Shown here piece after piece: positions 48,991 to 58,444 of a stretch of DNA of 64,000 nucleotides (position 1 is its first letter; every line of letters starts with the position of its first letter). The stretch comes from an uncultured bacterium (GTDB lineage: Bacteria > Hydrothermota > Hydrothermia > LBFQ01), in assembly GCA_964473735.1 (NCBI GenBank), contig CAYYQD010000002.1:4966-68965 (forward strand), written 5' to 3'. A program made the position numbers and the translations under genes. The notes below the pieces were generated by a model, which saw only the letters and a program-made list of their open reading frames with translations, was not told the origin of the DNA and searched no databases.

Positions 48991-50162
48991 ACTCTTACCC
49001 CCTTCCAGATTATGTTGCCTTCCATCTCCTCTCTCCCCTTCATATCCTCGTATATGTCTATGATGTCCTGCGGACGGATGTCCCTACCTCCGAGCCCGGC
49101 AACGTAGCCGAAGATGGGAGGCCTATCCTTGGCACCGTACATGGCCGCCTTGGTCTCCATATAGAAGATGCCGGAGTGACCGAAGGAGACGTTCCTGTCT
49201 ATCACGGCCACCTTCTTACGACCGCTAAGTACCCTACGGACGTCCTCTACGGGGAAGGGCCTGAAGAGCTTTATCTTCATTATGCCCACCTTCTCACCCC
49301 GTTCGCGGAGCTTGGCCACGGCGTACTTGGCCGTAGTGGTGGTACTTCCGGCTAAGACGAGGACGTAGTCCGCATCGTCCAACATGAACTCCTCAACCGT
49401 ATCGTACTTACGACCGAACATGTCGGCGAAGAGGTCCGTCTCCTCCTTGAACACCTTCAGGGCCTCCTCGTGGGCCTTCTGGATGTTGTACCGGAACTCC
49501 ATGTAGTAGTCCGGACGGGCGAAGGCGCCTATGGCTCTGGGATCGTCAAAGTTTATGGCGTTGGGATGGTGGTAGGGTGGCAGGAACTCGTCCACCAGCT
49601 CCTGCGGGTAGACCTCAACCGGCTCGGAGGTGTGCGAGAGGATAAAGGCGTCCAGTACCAGCATGGTGGGTAGATACACCCTCTCCGCTATCTTGAAGGC
49701 TAAGATAGTGCTGTCAAGGACCTCCTGGTTGGACTCGTTGTATATCTGGATCCAGCCCGTATCCCTCTGGGCTAAGGAGTCCGTCTGCTCCGTCCAGATG
49801 TTCCACGATGGGGCCAGAGCCCTGTTCACGTTGGCCAGAACTACGGGTGCCCTCGCCCCAACTGCCCAGTGCAACATCTCGTGCATCAGTGCCAGCCCCT
49901 GCGAGGCCGTAGCCGTAAAGGACCTCGCTCCAGCAAGAGAGGAAGCTATGACGGCGGATATGGCGGAGTGCTCGGATTCAACGGTGATAAACCGGGCCTT
50001 GAGCTCCCCTGTAGCCGTCATGTCGGCCAGCTTCTCCGCGATCGTGGTCTGGGGGGTGATGGGGTAGGCGGAGATCACCTCCACCCTCGCCAGCTTTACG
50101 CCGTACGCTACGGCGTAGTTCCCCTTTAAAACCGTGTAGGTGCTTTGTTCCAGCAGTTTCAT
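48987..50162 (-). CDS. porA: Pyruvate:ferredoxin oxidoreductase alpha subunit
   Basis: The protein is 391 aa with a PorA-like pattern (YPITPQT...ESEHSA). Confidence 0.85.
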   Translation of the reverse strand: MKLLEQSTYTVLKGNYAVAYGVKLARVEVISAYPITPQTTIAEKLADMTATGELKARFITVESEHSAISAVIASSLAGARSFTATASQGLALMHEMLHWAVGARAPVVLANVNRALAPSWNIWTEQTDSLAQRDTGWIQIYNESNQEVLDSTILAFKIAERVYLPTMLVLDAFILSHTSEPVEVYPQELVDEFLPPYHHPNAINFDDPRAIGAFARPDYYMEFRYNIQKAHEEALKVFKEETDLFADMFGRKYDTVEEFMLDDADYVLVLAGSTTTTAKYAVAKLRERGEKVGIMKIKLFRPFPVEDVRRVLSGRKKVAVIDRNVSFGHSGIFYMETKAAMYGAKDRPPIFGYVAGLGGRDIRPQDIIDIYEDMKGREEMEGNIIWKGVRV

Positions 50163-50187
50163 TCTGCCCTCCTGTTTCTAAATCCTA

Positions 50188-51822
50188 TCAAAACTCCCTT
50201 TCCCTCACCATGTCTATAACACCCCTCGGACACTCCTCGGAGCACACGCCGCACCCCTTGCAGTACTCGTAATCCACCTTCGGGCGGCCGTGGACCCACT
50301 TTATGGTGTAGTCGGGACAGAAGACGTAACAGTTCCCGCAGGCGTTACAGAAGCCGCAGGAGAAACACCTCTCCGCCTCCTTCATGGCCAGCTCCTGCGT
50401 GTAGCCTATGACCTCCTCCCGGGTTAGGGACCTAACCCTCTCATCCACGGAGAGCTTCAGCTCCGGCACCCTCGGGGCGGTCGGGAAGTAGTCGGTTATT
50501 ATCCTGTCGTAGCCCACCACCTCCGGGAAGGTCTCGGGGGTGTAGGTCCTGCCCTTCAGGTAGGCGTCTATTGAGGCCGCAGCCACACGTCCGGAGTATA
50601 CGATATTCACCACGGGCGAGGGCCCGAGTACGACCTCTCCGGCGGCGAAGACCCCCTCAAGGGGTGTGGTGGAGTCCTTACGGTTGGCTTTCACGTACCC
50701 ACCTTCGGTTATCTCCTCGGGGAGGAAGGAGGTTTCAACCTTCCCCTCGTAGGCATAAAAGACCTCGTTGAAGGTCATTCCGTGCTCCGTACCGGCCACC
50801 GGCTCCCCGTCCTCGGATTCGGATACGGTGAGGTCAACCATACCGTTCACCCTTTGCGCCTTCACAGGCATCTCACCGAAGAAGAACTTTACGCCCTCCT
50901 CCTCGGCCATGGCAAGGGTCTGCCTCTCGTGGAAGGGTACGGTTATCTTGCCGGAGGGGTATATGACGAAGGGGTCGGCCCCTAATCTCTTGAGGACGCG
51001 GGCGACCTCAAAGGCCGTGCCTCCGTCCCCGACCACGGCCACCTTGCCGGAGATCTCCGGTCTCTTGCCGGCCCGGACGTCTTTGAGCAGGTCCCTACCG
51101 GACTTCAGTACCTCTGCACCGGGGAAGGTGGGCTTCACCTCCGCGGAAGAGCCGTGGGCTAAGAGAACGGCGTCGTACTTCGTCCTCAACTCGTCAAAGG
51201 GTACGTCCTTACCCACCTCAACGCCGGTTACGAACTTCACTCCCATCTTCTCAAGGGCGGCCACCTCCGCCTCAAGGACGGCTAAGGGCAGCCTGTACTC
51301 GGGAACGGCGTAGCGCAGGTACCCCCCAACCTCGGGGTTGCGGTCGTACACCACCACCTCGTGCCCCTTGGACCTGAGGTAGTAGGCCGCCGAAAGGCCA
51401 GCGAGCCCGCCGCCGACTATGGCCACCCTCTTGCCCGTCTCTCTCCTTGGAGGCTTACCCTTCTTGTCAAGGTAGTAATCCCCCACGAACCTCTCCAGCT
51501 GCTTTATAGAGATGGGCTCGTCGTACCTCCCTCTGTTGCAGGAGAGCTCACACGGAGCGTGGCACAGACGACCGGTTATGGAGGGGAAGGGGTTGTTCCT
51601 GTGGAGCAGGTTGGCGGCCATATCCAGATCCCCCTTGACTAAGGAGTCTATGAAGTGGGGTATGAGGACCTTCGTGGGGCAGGTCATGGTACAGGGGGCG
51701 GACTTGTTCTTTATCACCGGCTTATAGCTCCTCCACCCACCCGTAGGGTTCTCAAGGGTGGTGGTCAGGGTAATAGGAGATATGGGAAGCTCCGAAGCCT
51801 TGAAGTCGTACTTCTTGGCCAT
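50188..51822 (-). CDS. GltD/NfnB-like NAD(P)H-FAD oxidoreductase fused to a PorD-like 2x[4Fe-4S] ferredoxin domain, in the POR delta-subunit position
   Basis: The N-terminus has Fe-S cysteines. It is followed by FAD (VAIVGGGLAGLSAAYYL) and NAD(P)H (KVAVVGDGGTAFEVAR) dinucleotide motifs. The C-terminus is CFSCGFCNACGNCYVFCP...CKGCGVCSEECP. It sits between porG and porA. Confidence 0.7.
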   Translation of the reverse strand: MAKKYDFKASELPISPITLTTTLENPTGGWRSYKPVIKNKSAPCTMTCPTKVLIPHFIDSLVKGDLDMAANLLHRNNPFPSITGRLCHAPCELSCNRGRYDEPISIKQLERFVGDYYLDKKGKPPRRETGKRVAIVGGGLAGLSAAYYLRSKGHEVVVYDRNPEVGGYLRYAVPEYRLPLAVLEAEVAALEKMGVKFVTGVEVGKDVPFDELRTKYDAVLLAHGSSAEVKPTFPGAEVLKSGRDLLKDVRAGKRPEISGKVAVVGDGGTAFEVARVLKRLGADPFVIYPSGKITVPFHERQTLAMAEEEGVKFFFGEMPVKAQRVNGMVDLTVSESEDGEPVAGTEHGMTFNEVFYAYEGKVETSFLPEEITEGGYVKANRKDSTTPLEGVFAAGEVVLGPSPVVNIVYSGRVAAASIDAYLKGRTYTPETFPEVVGYDRIITDYFPTAPRVPELKLSVDERVRSLTREEVIGYTQELAMKEAERCFSCGFCNACGNCYVFCPDYTIKWVHGRPKVDYEYCKGCGVCSEECPRGVIDMVREREF

Positions 51823-51823
51823 C

Positions 51824-52405
51824 TTACACCTCCTGAGGTATCAGAATCTTAGTGCTCTCGTAGGCCTCGCGCGCGGCCGCGGCGTTCTCCTCCGGTTTTA
51901 TGGGTACGCCCTCCTTTATGGCCGCCAGGAGGTTCTCAAGGGAAGGCTGTCCGAAGGCCCGGGCGAAGGCGCCCAGGATGGCCGTATTCACTATGGGGGT
52001 CATCTTGCTACCGAGACGGTGTTTTATGGCTATGGACGTAGCATCCACCGTAGCCACCCTGTACGTAGGCGGTATTCCCACCTCCTCAACTATCTCCTCC
52101 GGGGACTGCGGGGTATTGACCACGATCCAGCCTCCCGGTTTCAGGCCCTCCATGACGTTTACGGCCGTAAGGAGGGTGGGATCTAACACGATTATGTGGT
52201 CCGGCTCGTAGATGTTGGTACGTACGAAGAGGCTTCCGGGGTCCCCAACGCGCACGAAAGCGGCGACCGGAGCGCCGCGCCTCTCCACACCAAAGTGGGG
52301 GAAAGACTGTATGTACTTCCCCTCTTTAAAAAAGGCTTGAGCAAGGATCTCGGAGGCTACTACGGCCCCCTGTCCTCCACGACCGTGGATCCTGATTTCT
52401 ATCAT
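51824..52405 (-). CDS. porG: Pyruvate:ferredoxin oxidoreductase gamma subunit
   Basis: The PorG-like N-terminus is IEIRIHGRGGQGAVVASEILA; the length is 193 aa. Confidence 0.8.
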   Translation of the reverse strand: MIEIRIHGRGGQGAVVASEILAQAFFKEGKYIQSFPHFGVERRGAPVAAFVRVGDPGSLFVRTNIYEPDHIIVLDPTLLTAVNVMEGLKPGGWIVVNTPQSPEEIVEEVGIPPTYRVATVDATSIAIKHRLGSKMTPIVNTAILGAFARAFGQPSLENLLAAIKEGVPIKPEENAAAAREAYESTKILIPQEV

Positions 52406-52491
52406 ACTCGTTCCTCCTTGGTCTCATATTATACACTGGTAAGGCACCCCGTTTCCGGACGCATGCAGTACGCTCCTCCGTAAAATACGGA

Positions 52492-54687
52492 GTGATCTTC
52501 CTGCTCTTAGGGAGCATAACGGTTGAGGGGCAGGTGGTGGATAGCCTTGAGGGGGGAATACCCTACGCCGTGGTGCGCGTCCCGAAGCTGAAAAAGGGTA
52601 CCTACGCCGACGATAGGGGTTTCTTCAAGCTTGTGTTGCCGGACGGAAGGTGGAAGGTAATCGTGTCAGCCGTAGGGAGGGAGCCGGATACCTTTTCAGT
52701 CTATGGGAGGGACACTACCCTCTTCGTAAAGGTAGTCCTGCGTACCTCACCGATAAAGGCTAAGGAGATCGTCATAACCGCCAAGAGGGAGGAGTTCCGG
52801 AAGGGGACAGTAGAGCCCTTTAAGTTCAAGGCGGAGGTGATAAGGGAGAGGCCCAACTTCTTGACGTCGGACGTCCTTAGAGCCATACAGGACGTACCCG
52901 GCGTGGTGATGGCGGCCGACTTCTCCTCCAAGTTCTCCGTGAGGGGCGGGGGGCCTCAGGAGAACATCGTCCTATTTGACGACGTACCGGTGTTCAACCC
53001 CTACCACATGGCCGGTCTGTTCTCCGTGTTTATAAGCGATGCCCTATCGGGTTTTACCTTTTACCGCTCCAACTTCCCGGCCCGGTACGGTGGTGTCCTA
53101 TCCTCCATCTTAGACGTTCAGGTGGCGGAGCCGGATAGCGCGTACGGTAACCTCTCCGTTAGTCTGTTGGCCACGTCCCTGTTCCAGACTTTTAAAAGGG
53201 GTAAGTTCGGCGGTCTCGTTGCCCTCCGTCGCTCCTACTTTGATATAACGGCCGGATGGATGGGGTACGATTTTCCCTACCACTTCTACGACGGTATAGC
53301 GAAGTTTTATTACGACGTCAGGCCGTCCTGGAGGCTCTCCCTGTCCTTGCTTCAGGGGGACGACGTCCTTGACCTGTACTTCCGGACGGCCCACCTCTAC
53401 GCCTCGTGGGGAAACACCGTACTGTCCCTCAGGAGTAGGGCCATCCTGGGGGGAAAATGGGTCTCTCTGAGCACTCTGGGTCTCACCCTCTTCAGGGATA
53501 GGCTATCCTTTGGCTTTAAGGATCAGACCATCGTCTCATTAACCGCCCCCATGAATCTGGGTACCTTCCGGACCTCCTTAAGCAGCGTGGATGAGAGCAG
53601 GGAGATAAGGTTAGGACTCTCCGTAGAGCCCGGATGGGGCGGGATAAATCAGGACTTCTTCGGCATGAAGTACGAGGATAAGGGCAACACCGTCCTCTCC
53701 TCCATCTACGGGGAGTACCTGCTGAAGAGGGGTATATACAACCTCTCGGTAGGCGGACGCCTCAACCTCTTCTATACGTGGTTCCCGGAGCCCATGAGCA
53801 AGTACAACGTTGCCTATCTCAACCCGGAGCCGCGTATAACCTTCCGCTACTTCCTCACACCCGACGTCGCCATCAAGGGTGGCTGGGGAGTATTTCACCA
53901 GTACCACATCGGTTTGAGTATGGGAGGGGGACAGCTGGGTGAGGTCCTATCCTCGTTCTATTACTGGACGTCCGTATTTAGAGGCTGGCAGCCCATGAGG
54001 TCCTTCCACTACTCCCTCGGGCTGACGGGTATAACCGCGTGGGGGGACTGGGAGGTTGAGGCCTTCTACAAGGACTACCCTTACGTCCTGCTGGAGAACC
54101 CTACTCCGGATATAAACGACATCTACGGTACCATCTTCCGGGAGGGGAAGGCGTGGGCCTACGGCTTTGACGGATACGTCCGGAAGGACGTCGGTAAGGT
54201 GCGCCTCCTCCTCTCCTACTCCTTCCTGATAGCCCGGATGAAGTTCGGAGATACCATCCATCCCTCCCCATGGGACAGGAGACACGCCGTGGTTTTCACC
54301 CTATCTCACCCCCTGCCTTGGGGTGCGGTAGGAGGGCTCCGCTTCACCTACCAGAGCGGTATGCCCTACACCGGGGTCATAGCCCGGTACGACGTATACT
54401 CCATGTACGACCCGGGCCTCGGGATGCCCATGAGGGTAGGGACGAGGGAGATATACAGCGTACCCTATACCCTCCGATACCCACCCTACCACCGTCTGGA
54501 CCTGTACGTGCGTAGAAACTTCAGTATAAAACGGTTCAGGGGGTACCTTTCCCTATCCGTAATAAACGTCTATAACCGGAGGAACGTGTGGTTCTACATG
54601 TACGACTACTCCAAAGATCCTCCGATAAGGACGGCATTCTACCAGCTGCCTATCTTTCCCTCTATAGAGGTGGGTGTGAGGTGGTGA
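52492..54687 (+). CDS. TonB-dependent receptor (SusC/RagA-like, with N-terminal CarboxypepD_reg domain)
   Basis: The N-terminal beta-sandwich is GQVVDSLEGGIPYAVVRVPK...DRGFFKL. The plug region is FDDVPVFNPYH, and the C-terminal barrel ends ...IEVGVRW. Confidence 0.65.
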   Translation: MIFLLLGSITVEGQVVDSLEGGIPYAVVRVPKLKKGTYADDRGFFKLVLPDGRWKVIVSAVGREPDTFSVYGRDTTLFVKVVLRTSPIKAKEIVITAKREEFRKGTVEPFKFKAEVIRERPNFLTSDVLRAIQDVPGVVMAADFSSKFSVRGGGPQENIVLFDDVPVFNPYHMAGLFSVFISDALSGFTFYRSNFPARYGGVLSSILDVQVAEPDSAYGNLSVSLLATSLFQTFKRGKFGGLVALRRSYFDITAGWMGYDFPYHFYDGIAKFYYDVRPSWRLSLSLLQGDDVLDLYFRTAHLYASWGNTVLSLRSRAILGGKWVSLSTLGLTLFRDRLSFGFKDQTIVSLTAPMNLGTFRTSLSSVDESREIRLGLSVEPGWGGINQDFFGMKYEDKGNTVLSSIYGEYLLKRGIYNLSVGGRLNLFYTWFPEPMSKYNVAYLNPEPRITFRYFLTPDVAIKGGWGVFHQYHIGLSMGGGQLGEVLSSFYYWTSVFRGWQPMRSFHYSLGLTGITAWGDWEVEAFYKDYPYVLLENPTPDINDIYGTIFREGKAWAYGFDGYVRKDVGKVRLLLSYSFLIARMKFGDTIHPSPWDRRHAVVFTLSHPLPWGAVGGLRFTYQSGMPYTGVIARYDVYSMYDPGLGMPMRVGTREIYSVPYTLRYPPYHRLDLYVRRNFSIKRFRGYLSLSVINVYNRRNVWFYMYDYSKDPPIRTAFYQLPIFPSIEVGVRW

Positions 54688-54756
54688 ATGCTCGCGGTGT
54701 CGTTAGAGGGCGTGGGAAAATCATCCCGTTGGTGGAAGTACGGGGTAAGCCGAATC

Positions 54757-54796
54757 CGGTACCGCTTTTTGCGATTTTGTACCCAAAGTGGTACCT
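54757..54796 (+). repeat. Copy 5 of the intergenic inverted-repeat element (forward orientation), ~40 nt upstream of the next + gene
   Basis: The sequence ccggtaccgctttttgcgattttgtacccaaagtggtacc has 10-bp arms GGTACCGCTT/AAGTGGTACC that pair fully, with one G-U pair. Confidence 0.75.
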
Positions 54797-54836
54797 GACC
54801 GGACACGCCGTGGGGACTCCCTCTTAGAATAAACGT

Positions 54837-55322
54837 ATGCGTCTGCTTAGAAACCTCTCGCTTCTGTCCGTTTCTCTCCTTGCCTTTCACGGGTGCGCCA
54901 CTGTACAGAAGAGGATCGCCCTGAAGGACTGTAGGTTCTCCCTGCAAGGGGCGAGTCTCAAAAGCGTCGACCTGAGCGGATTCTCCATGGATATACTCCT
55001 TTCGGTTGAGAATCCCAACACCATAGACGCCGTCCTTGACCGTTTTGTGGGCTCGGTACTCGTTGAAGGTGTGAAGGTCGCCGACGTCTCCAACACCTAC
55101 GGGAGGACGATCAAGGCAGGTGGAAAGGCCAGGGTTCCTATAACCGTATCCGTCAGGTACTCCTACCTCAAGGGGGCGGCGAGCAGGGTTATGGGGGTTA
55201 TAAAGGCGAGGAGGGCCCGCATAGGCGTGGATGGGAAGGCTTACGTGGATTTTAACGTACCTATACTGGGCAAGCGGAGTGTCCCCTACCCCGTTAGGCT
55301 GTCCAGAACTCTAACCTTCTGA
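54837..55322 (+). CDS. Lipoprotein, LEA14/WHy-like (late-embryogenesis-abundant type 2) fold candidate
   Basis: The lipobox is LLAFHGCA. The ~160-aa beta-rich protein has a LEA_2-like pattern (ILLSVENPNTIDAVLDRFVGSVLVEGVKVA). Support is weak. Confidence 0.35.
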   Translation: MRLLRNLSLLSVSLLAFHGCATVQKRIALKDCRFSLQGASLKSVDLSGFSMDILLSVENPNTIDAVLDRFVGSVLVEGVKVADVSNTYGRTIKAGGKARVPITVSVRYSYLKGAASRVMGVIKARRARIGVDGKAYVDFNVPILGKRSVPYPVRLSRTLTF

Positions 55323-55323
55323 C

Positions 55324-57240
55324 CTACCCTTCGGCCGTTTTACCCTCTTCCCCCAAGCTCTCCAGAACCGCGCCACCTATGGCGGCCGCGTTGAAATTCA
55401 CCCTCTCCATGTCGGACAGCAGGTCAAGATATACCTCTCCGGACTGGACGTTGGAGACGTCTATCCGCGTGTAGAACTCCTTTCTCATACGGTCAAGGAG
55501 CGCCTTTACCTCCTTGGCCCTCGCTAATAATTCCTTCGCCCTTTCCGGATCCCACGTGGTTAGCACGACCATAGCGATGGCTAAGGTCCTCATGACCTCC
55601 GAGTGCATCACCTTTATACCGTTCAGCTCATCCTCCGTCAGGCTTATTCCCTCCTTGTACAGCTTCTCAACGTTCCGGACTATGGACTTGGAGATTATGT
55701 CCCCCATGTTCTCAATCTCCTCCATTATCTGGGCTAAGGCCACGACCTTCTTTCCCGTCTCCCCCGTCAGACCGTGGGCCATCACCCTTGAGACGTAGGC
55801 GTTTATCGTCTCCTCTGCCCTATCTATCTCGTCGTCCATACTGGCTATCCTCTCAAAGATCGCCGGGTTCCGGGTCCGCACGGCCTCGTACAGGTCCTGA
55901 AACATCTGCATGGCCACGTTCAGGGCGTCCCCTATGACCTTCTCCATATAGACCAGCAAAAACTCGGGGTCGTCGTATATTATGGCTCTGGACACTCGCT
56001 CCTTTATGGGGGATTCCATCCTCCAGAGAGCCCTCACGTAGGTGAGGGGGACGACTATGGCGGCAAATACGAGGTTGTAGTATATGTGGGATAGGGCGAT
56101 GTTCTTGCTCAGGTCCTCCACCCATATCGGGAGGGATGGGGCCAGATGGACGGTGGGGAGGAGGAGTAAGGAGAGGACGGTACGACCCAGCAGGTTCATG
56201 AGGGCCACCCTCCGGGCCACGGGGGAGAGCTGGGCGGAGGCTAGTACGGCCGTGAAGGCCGTTCCTATGTTGGCGCCGAGGACGACGGCTAAGGCCCCGG
56301 TGAAGGTTATGACCCCGGCGAAGGCCATGGAGAGGGCTATACCTATGGTGAGGGCGGAGGAATGTACCAGAGCGGCGAACACGGCCGAGACCACTAACAT
56401 CAGGAGCACGTTGTTGGATATGTCGTGTATGAAGGTGGTGACGTAAGGGATGGAGGCCATGTCCGCGAAGACGTTCCCCATCTGCCATATACCGAAGAAG
56501 GCCAGTCCGAAGCCGAAGAGGGCCCGTCCGTAGTGTTCGTACACCTGCGTGAATCTCTCAAGGTAATAACCGAGGGCCATCATGACTATGGCGACGTACG
56601 TGAAGCCGAGGGACAGGATACCCACCGTAAAGGTAGTCCCTACCCCAGCGCCGGCGTTCATGGCCATGGCGGAGGCGGGTGTTAAGAAGCCTAAGTCCGT
56701 AAGGGAGACGACCATCACCGTAACGGCGGTTGAGGACTGGAAGCCGAGGGCCGCGATGAGGCCACCGAGGGTAGCCAGCATGGGGCTCCGTGAGAGACGG
56801 GTTAGGAGGGTACGGGTCCATCCACCTACGGCACGCATTATCCCGGTTGAACCCCGGTTAAGTCCGAACATGAACAGTACGAAACCTCCAAGGAGCTCAA
56901 GGACCTTGACTATCCAGTAGCTGGATTTAAGTACTCTCCCGGTAAAGGTCAGAAGCGTGTCCGTCGTAAAGGCCGTTACGCGCACCGTTGTGGGTTCGCG
57001 CGGCGTAGGTGGAGTGTATATGGCAACGCTTTCAGGGCCAACTACGGTTCTGTAAAGGTCAAGCGTGTCCCCAACGTACAGGAAGGTGACTTCGCATCCG
57101 GGCAGGCTCTTCACCCTTAAAGGTTTGAACTTCTGTCCGACCGTTAATACCTGATTGTCTCCCGACAGGTCAAGGTTGTAGAGGGTGTCGTACAACCTGT
57201 ATAACGGACAGAAACCTCCTATAAACCAGAGCAAGTTCAT
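55324..57240 (-). CDS. Na/Pi-cotransporter family protein with a C-terminal PhoU-like domain
   Basis: The polytopic core has duplicated Na/Pi_cotrans repeats (GANIGT...). The cytoplasmic C-terminus is helical and PhoU-like, and the length is 638 aa. Confidence 0.7.
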   Translation of the reverse strand: MNLLWFIGGFCPLYRLYDTLYNLDLSGDNQVLTVGQKFKPLRVKSLPGCEVTFLYVGDTLDLYRTVVGPESVAIYTPPTPREPTTVRVTAFTTDTLLTFTGRVLKSSYWIVKVLELLGGFVLFMFGLNRGSTGIMRAVGGWTRTLLTRLSRSPMLATLGGLIAALGFQSSTAVTVMVVSLTDLGFLTPASAMAMNAGAGVGTTFTVGILSLGFTYVAIVMMALGYYLERFTQVYEHYGRALFGFGLAFFGIWQMGNVFADMASIPYVTTFIHDISNNVLLMLVVSAVFAALVHSSALTIGIALSMAFAGVITFTGALAVVLGANIGTAFTAVLASAQLSPVARRVALMNLLGRTVLSLLLLPTVHLAPSLPIWVEDLSKNIALSHIYYNLVFAAIVVPLTYVRALWRMESPIKERVSRAIIYDDPEFLLVYMEKVIGDALNVAMQMFQDLYEAVRTRNPAIFERIASMDDEIDRAEETINAYVSRVMAHGLTGETGKKVVALAQIMEEIENMGDIISKSIVRNVEKLYKEGISLTEDELNGIKVMHSEVMRTLAIAMVVLTTWDPERAKELLARAKEVKALLDRMRKEFYTRIDVSNVQSGEVYLDLLSDMERVNFNAAAIGGAVLESLGEEGKTAEG

Positions 57241-57267
57241 TATTTTAAAGGGGTAGGTCCTTCGTCC

Positions 57268-57636
57268 TTAGTCCCTCCAGTACCTCCTTACCACGTTTCC
57301 CCCGGATAAGAGACCCACTAAGAAGAGTACAGGTACGAGGAAGTACTTTCCGGAGAGCCTGTAAGTCCAGAACGCCCCCGCTGTATATACGGACAGGTAC
57401 ATCATAGCGTTTAACAGGGACATATACACCGTGAGGGGAACCCTCTCCTTCAGGGGAGTAAGTCGCTCGGATAGGTACCCGTTCAGCTTCTCAAGTCCGT
57501 AGTCCGCTAAAAACAGCAGGAGTATGGGCAGCAGGGCGTAAGCGGAGCACACCTCCCCAAAAGCGAGCCCTCTAACCGTGTAGGAGAAGACGCTGGCCAG
57601 AAGGACGTAGGGTACTCCGAAAACCAACAGGGACAC
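57268..57636 (-). CDS. Hypothetical small membrane protein
   Basis: 122 aa with four hydrophobic segments; no known motif. Confidence 0.3.
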   Translation of the reverse strand: MSLLVFGVPYVLLASVFSYTVRGLAFGEVCSAYALLPILLLFLADYGLEKLNGYLSERLTPLKERVPLTVYMSLLNAMMYLSVYTAGAFWTYRLSGKYFLVPVLFLVGLLSGGNVVRRYWRD

Positions 57637-57639
57637 CGG

Positions 57640-57993
57640 TCAGTCCAGCCAGATGAGTATGATACCGCAGTTGGGACAGGCCACGACCTCGTCGTCCCTT
57701 GGGATGATGGAGGAGGGGAGGGCGGCGAAGCAGTTAGTGCACATGTGATTCACAACCCGGGTGATACCGCGACCGTACCTCCGCTTGAGCATCTCGTACT
57801 TCTGGTAAGTGACGGGGTCAAACTTCAGGAGGTCCCGGGCCAGCTCGTTTCTCTTCCTCTCCAGCTCCTTTATCTTCTCCTCGTCTATCTTAAGACCGGT
57901 CTTGGCCTCGTACTCCGGGTCCCTTACCTGCTGGAGGAGTAGATCCAGGTCCTGAAGGAGGTACAGCTTCCGCAGGTACTCGCGCTTACTCAT
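57640..57993 (-). CDS. C4-type zinc-ribbon domain protein (COG1579-like)
   Basis: A coiled-coil N-terminus is followed by CTNC...CPNCG. Confidence 0.5.
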   Translation of the reverse strand: MSKREYLRKLYLLQDLDLLLQQVRDPEYEAKTGLKIDEEKIKELERKRNELARDLLKFDPVTYQKYEMLKRRYGRGITRVVNHMCTNCFAALPSSIIPRDDEVVACPNCGIILIWLD

Positions 57994-58441
57994 GGTCGTG
58001 CTCTAAGATGTAATCTACTAGCTCCTTGGGAGAGGAGAAGTCGGTCCTTATCTCACCCTCGTGGGCGATGGAGCGGGATACCCGGGCTATGGCCCCCAGA
58101 GCCGTCAGGTACTTCATGGACGGGTCGTTAGGTGTGGCTATCAGCATGAAGAAGAGGTGTACGGGCTTCCCATCAAGGGAATCAAAATCCACACCTTCCT
58201 TGGATACCCCTACGACGAGGGTTATGTTATCAACGACTATGCTGCGGGAGTGGGGGATGGCTATCCCCTTACCTATACCCGTGGAACCGAGTACCTCCCT
58301 CTGCATCAGGGACTTGAACAGGATCTCCTTCTTGTCCTCGGAGAGGTCAAGGACATCCACGAGTTCCCGTATGGCCTCCTCCTTCGTCCTGGCCTTCATA
58401 TCAAGGATGACTCTGTCTTCCCTTAAGAGTTCCTTAAGCAT
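57986..58441 (-). CDS. PTS EIIA(Ntr)/fructose-type IIA domain protein (PtsN-like)
   Basis: A motif like GIAIPHSRS around the active-site His and a pattern typical of EIIA-Ntr; 151 aa. Confidence 0.6.
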   Translation of the reverse strand: MLKELLREDRVILDMKARTKEEAIRELVDVLDLSEDKKEILFKSLMQREVLGSTGIGKGIAIPHSRSIVVDNITLVVGVSKEGVDFDSLDGKPVHLFFMLIATPNDPSMKYLTALGAIARVSRSIAHEGEIRTDFSSPKELVDYILEHDHE

Positions 58442-58444
58442 GTT

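Noticed and set aside
55853-56488. 211-aa minus-strand ORF and other alternate-frame ORFs (56084-56446, 56425-56685, 56558-56821, 56582-56920) inside the Na/Pi cotransporter gene
   Set aside because: These are alternate frames of a convincing polytopic transporter. Their products are Arg/Pro/Gly/His-rich nonsense.
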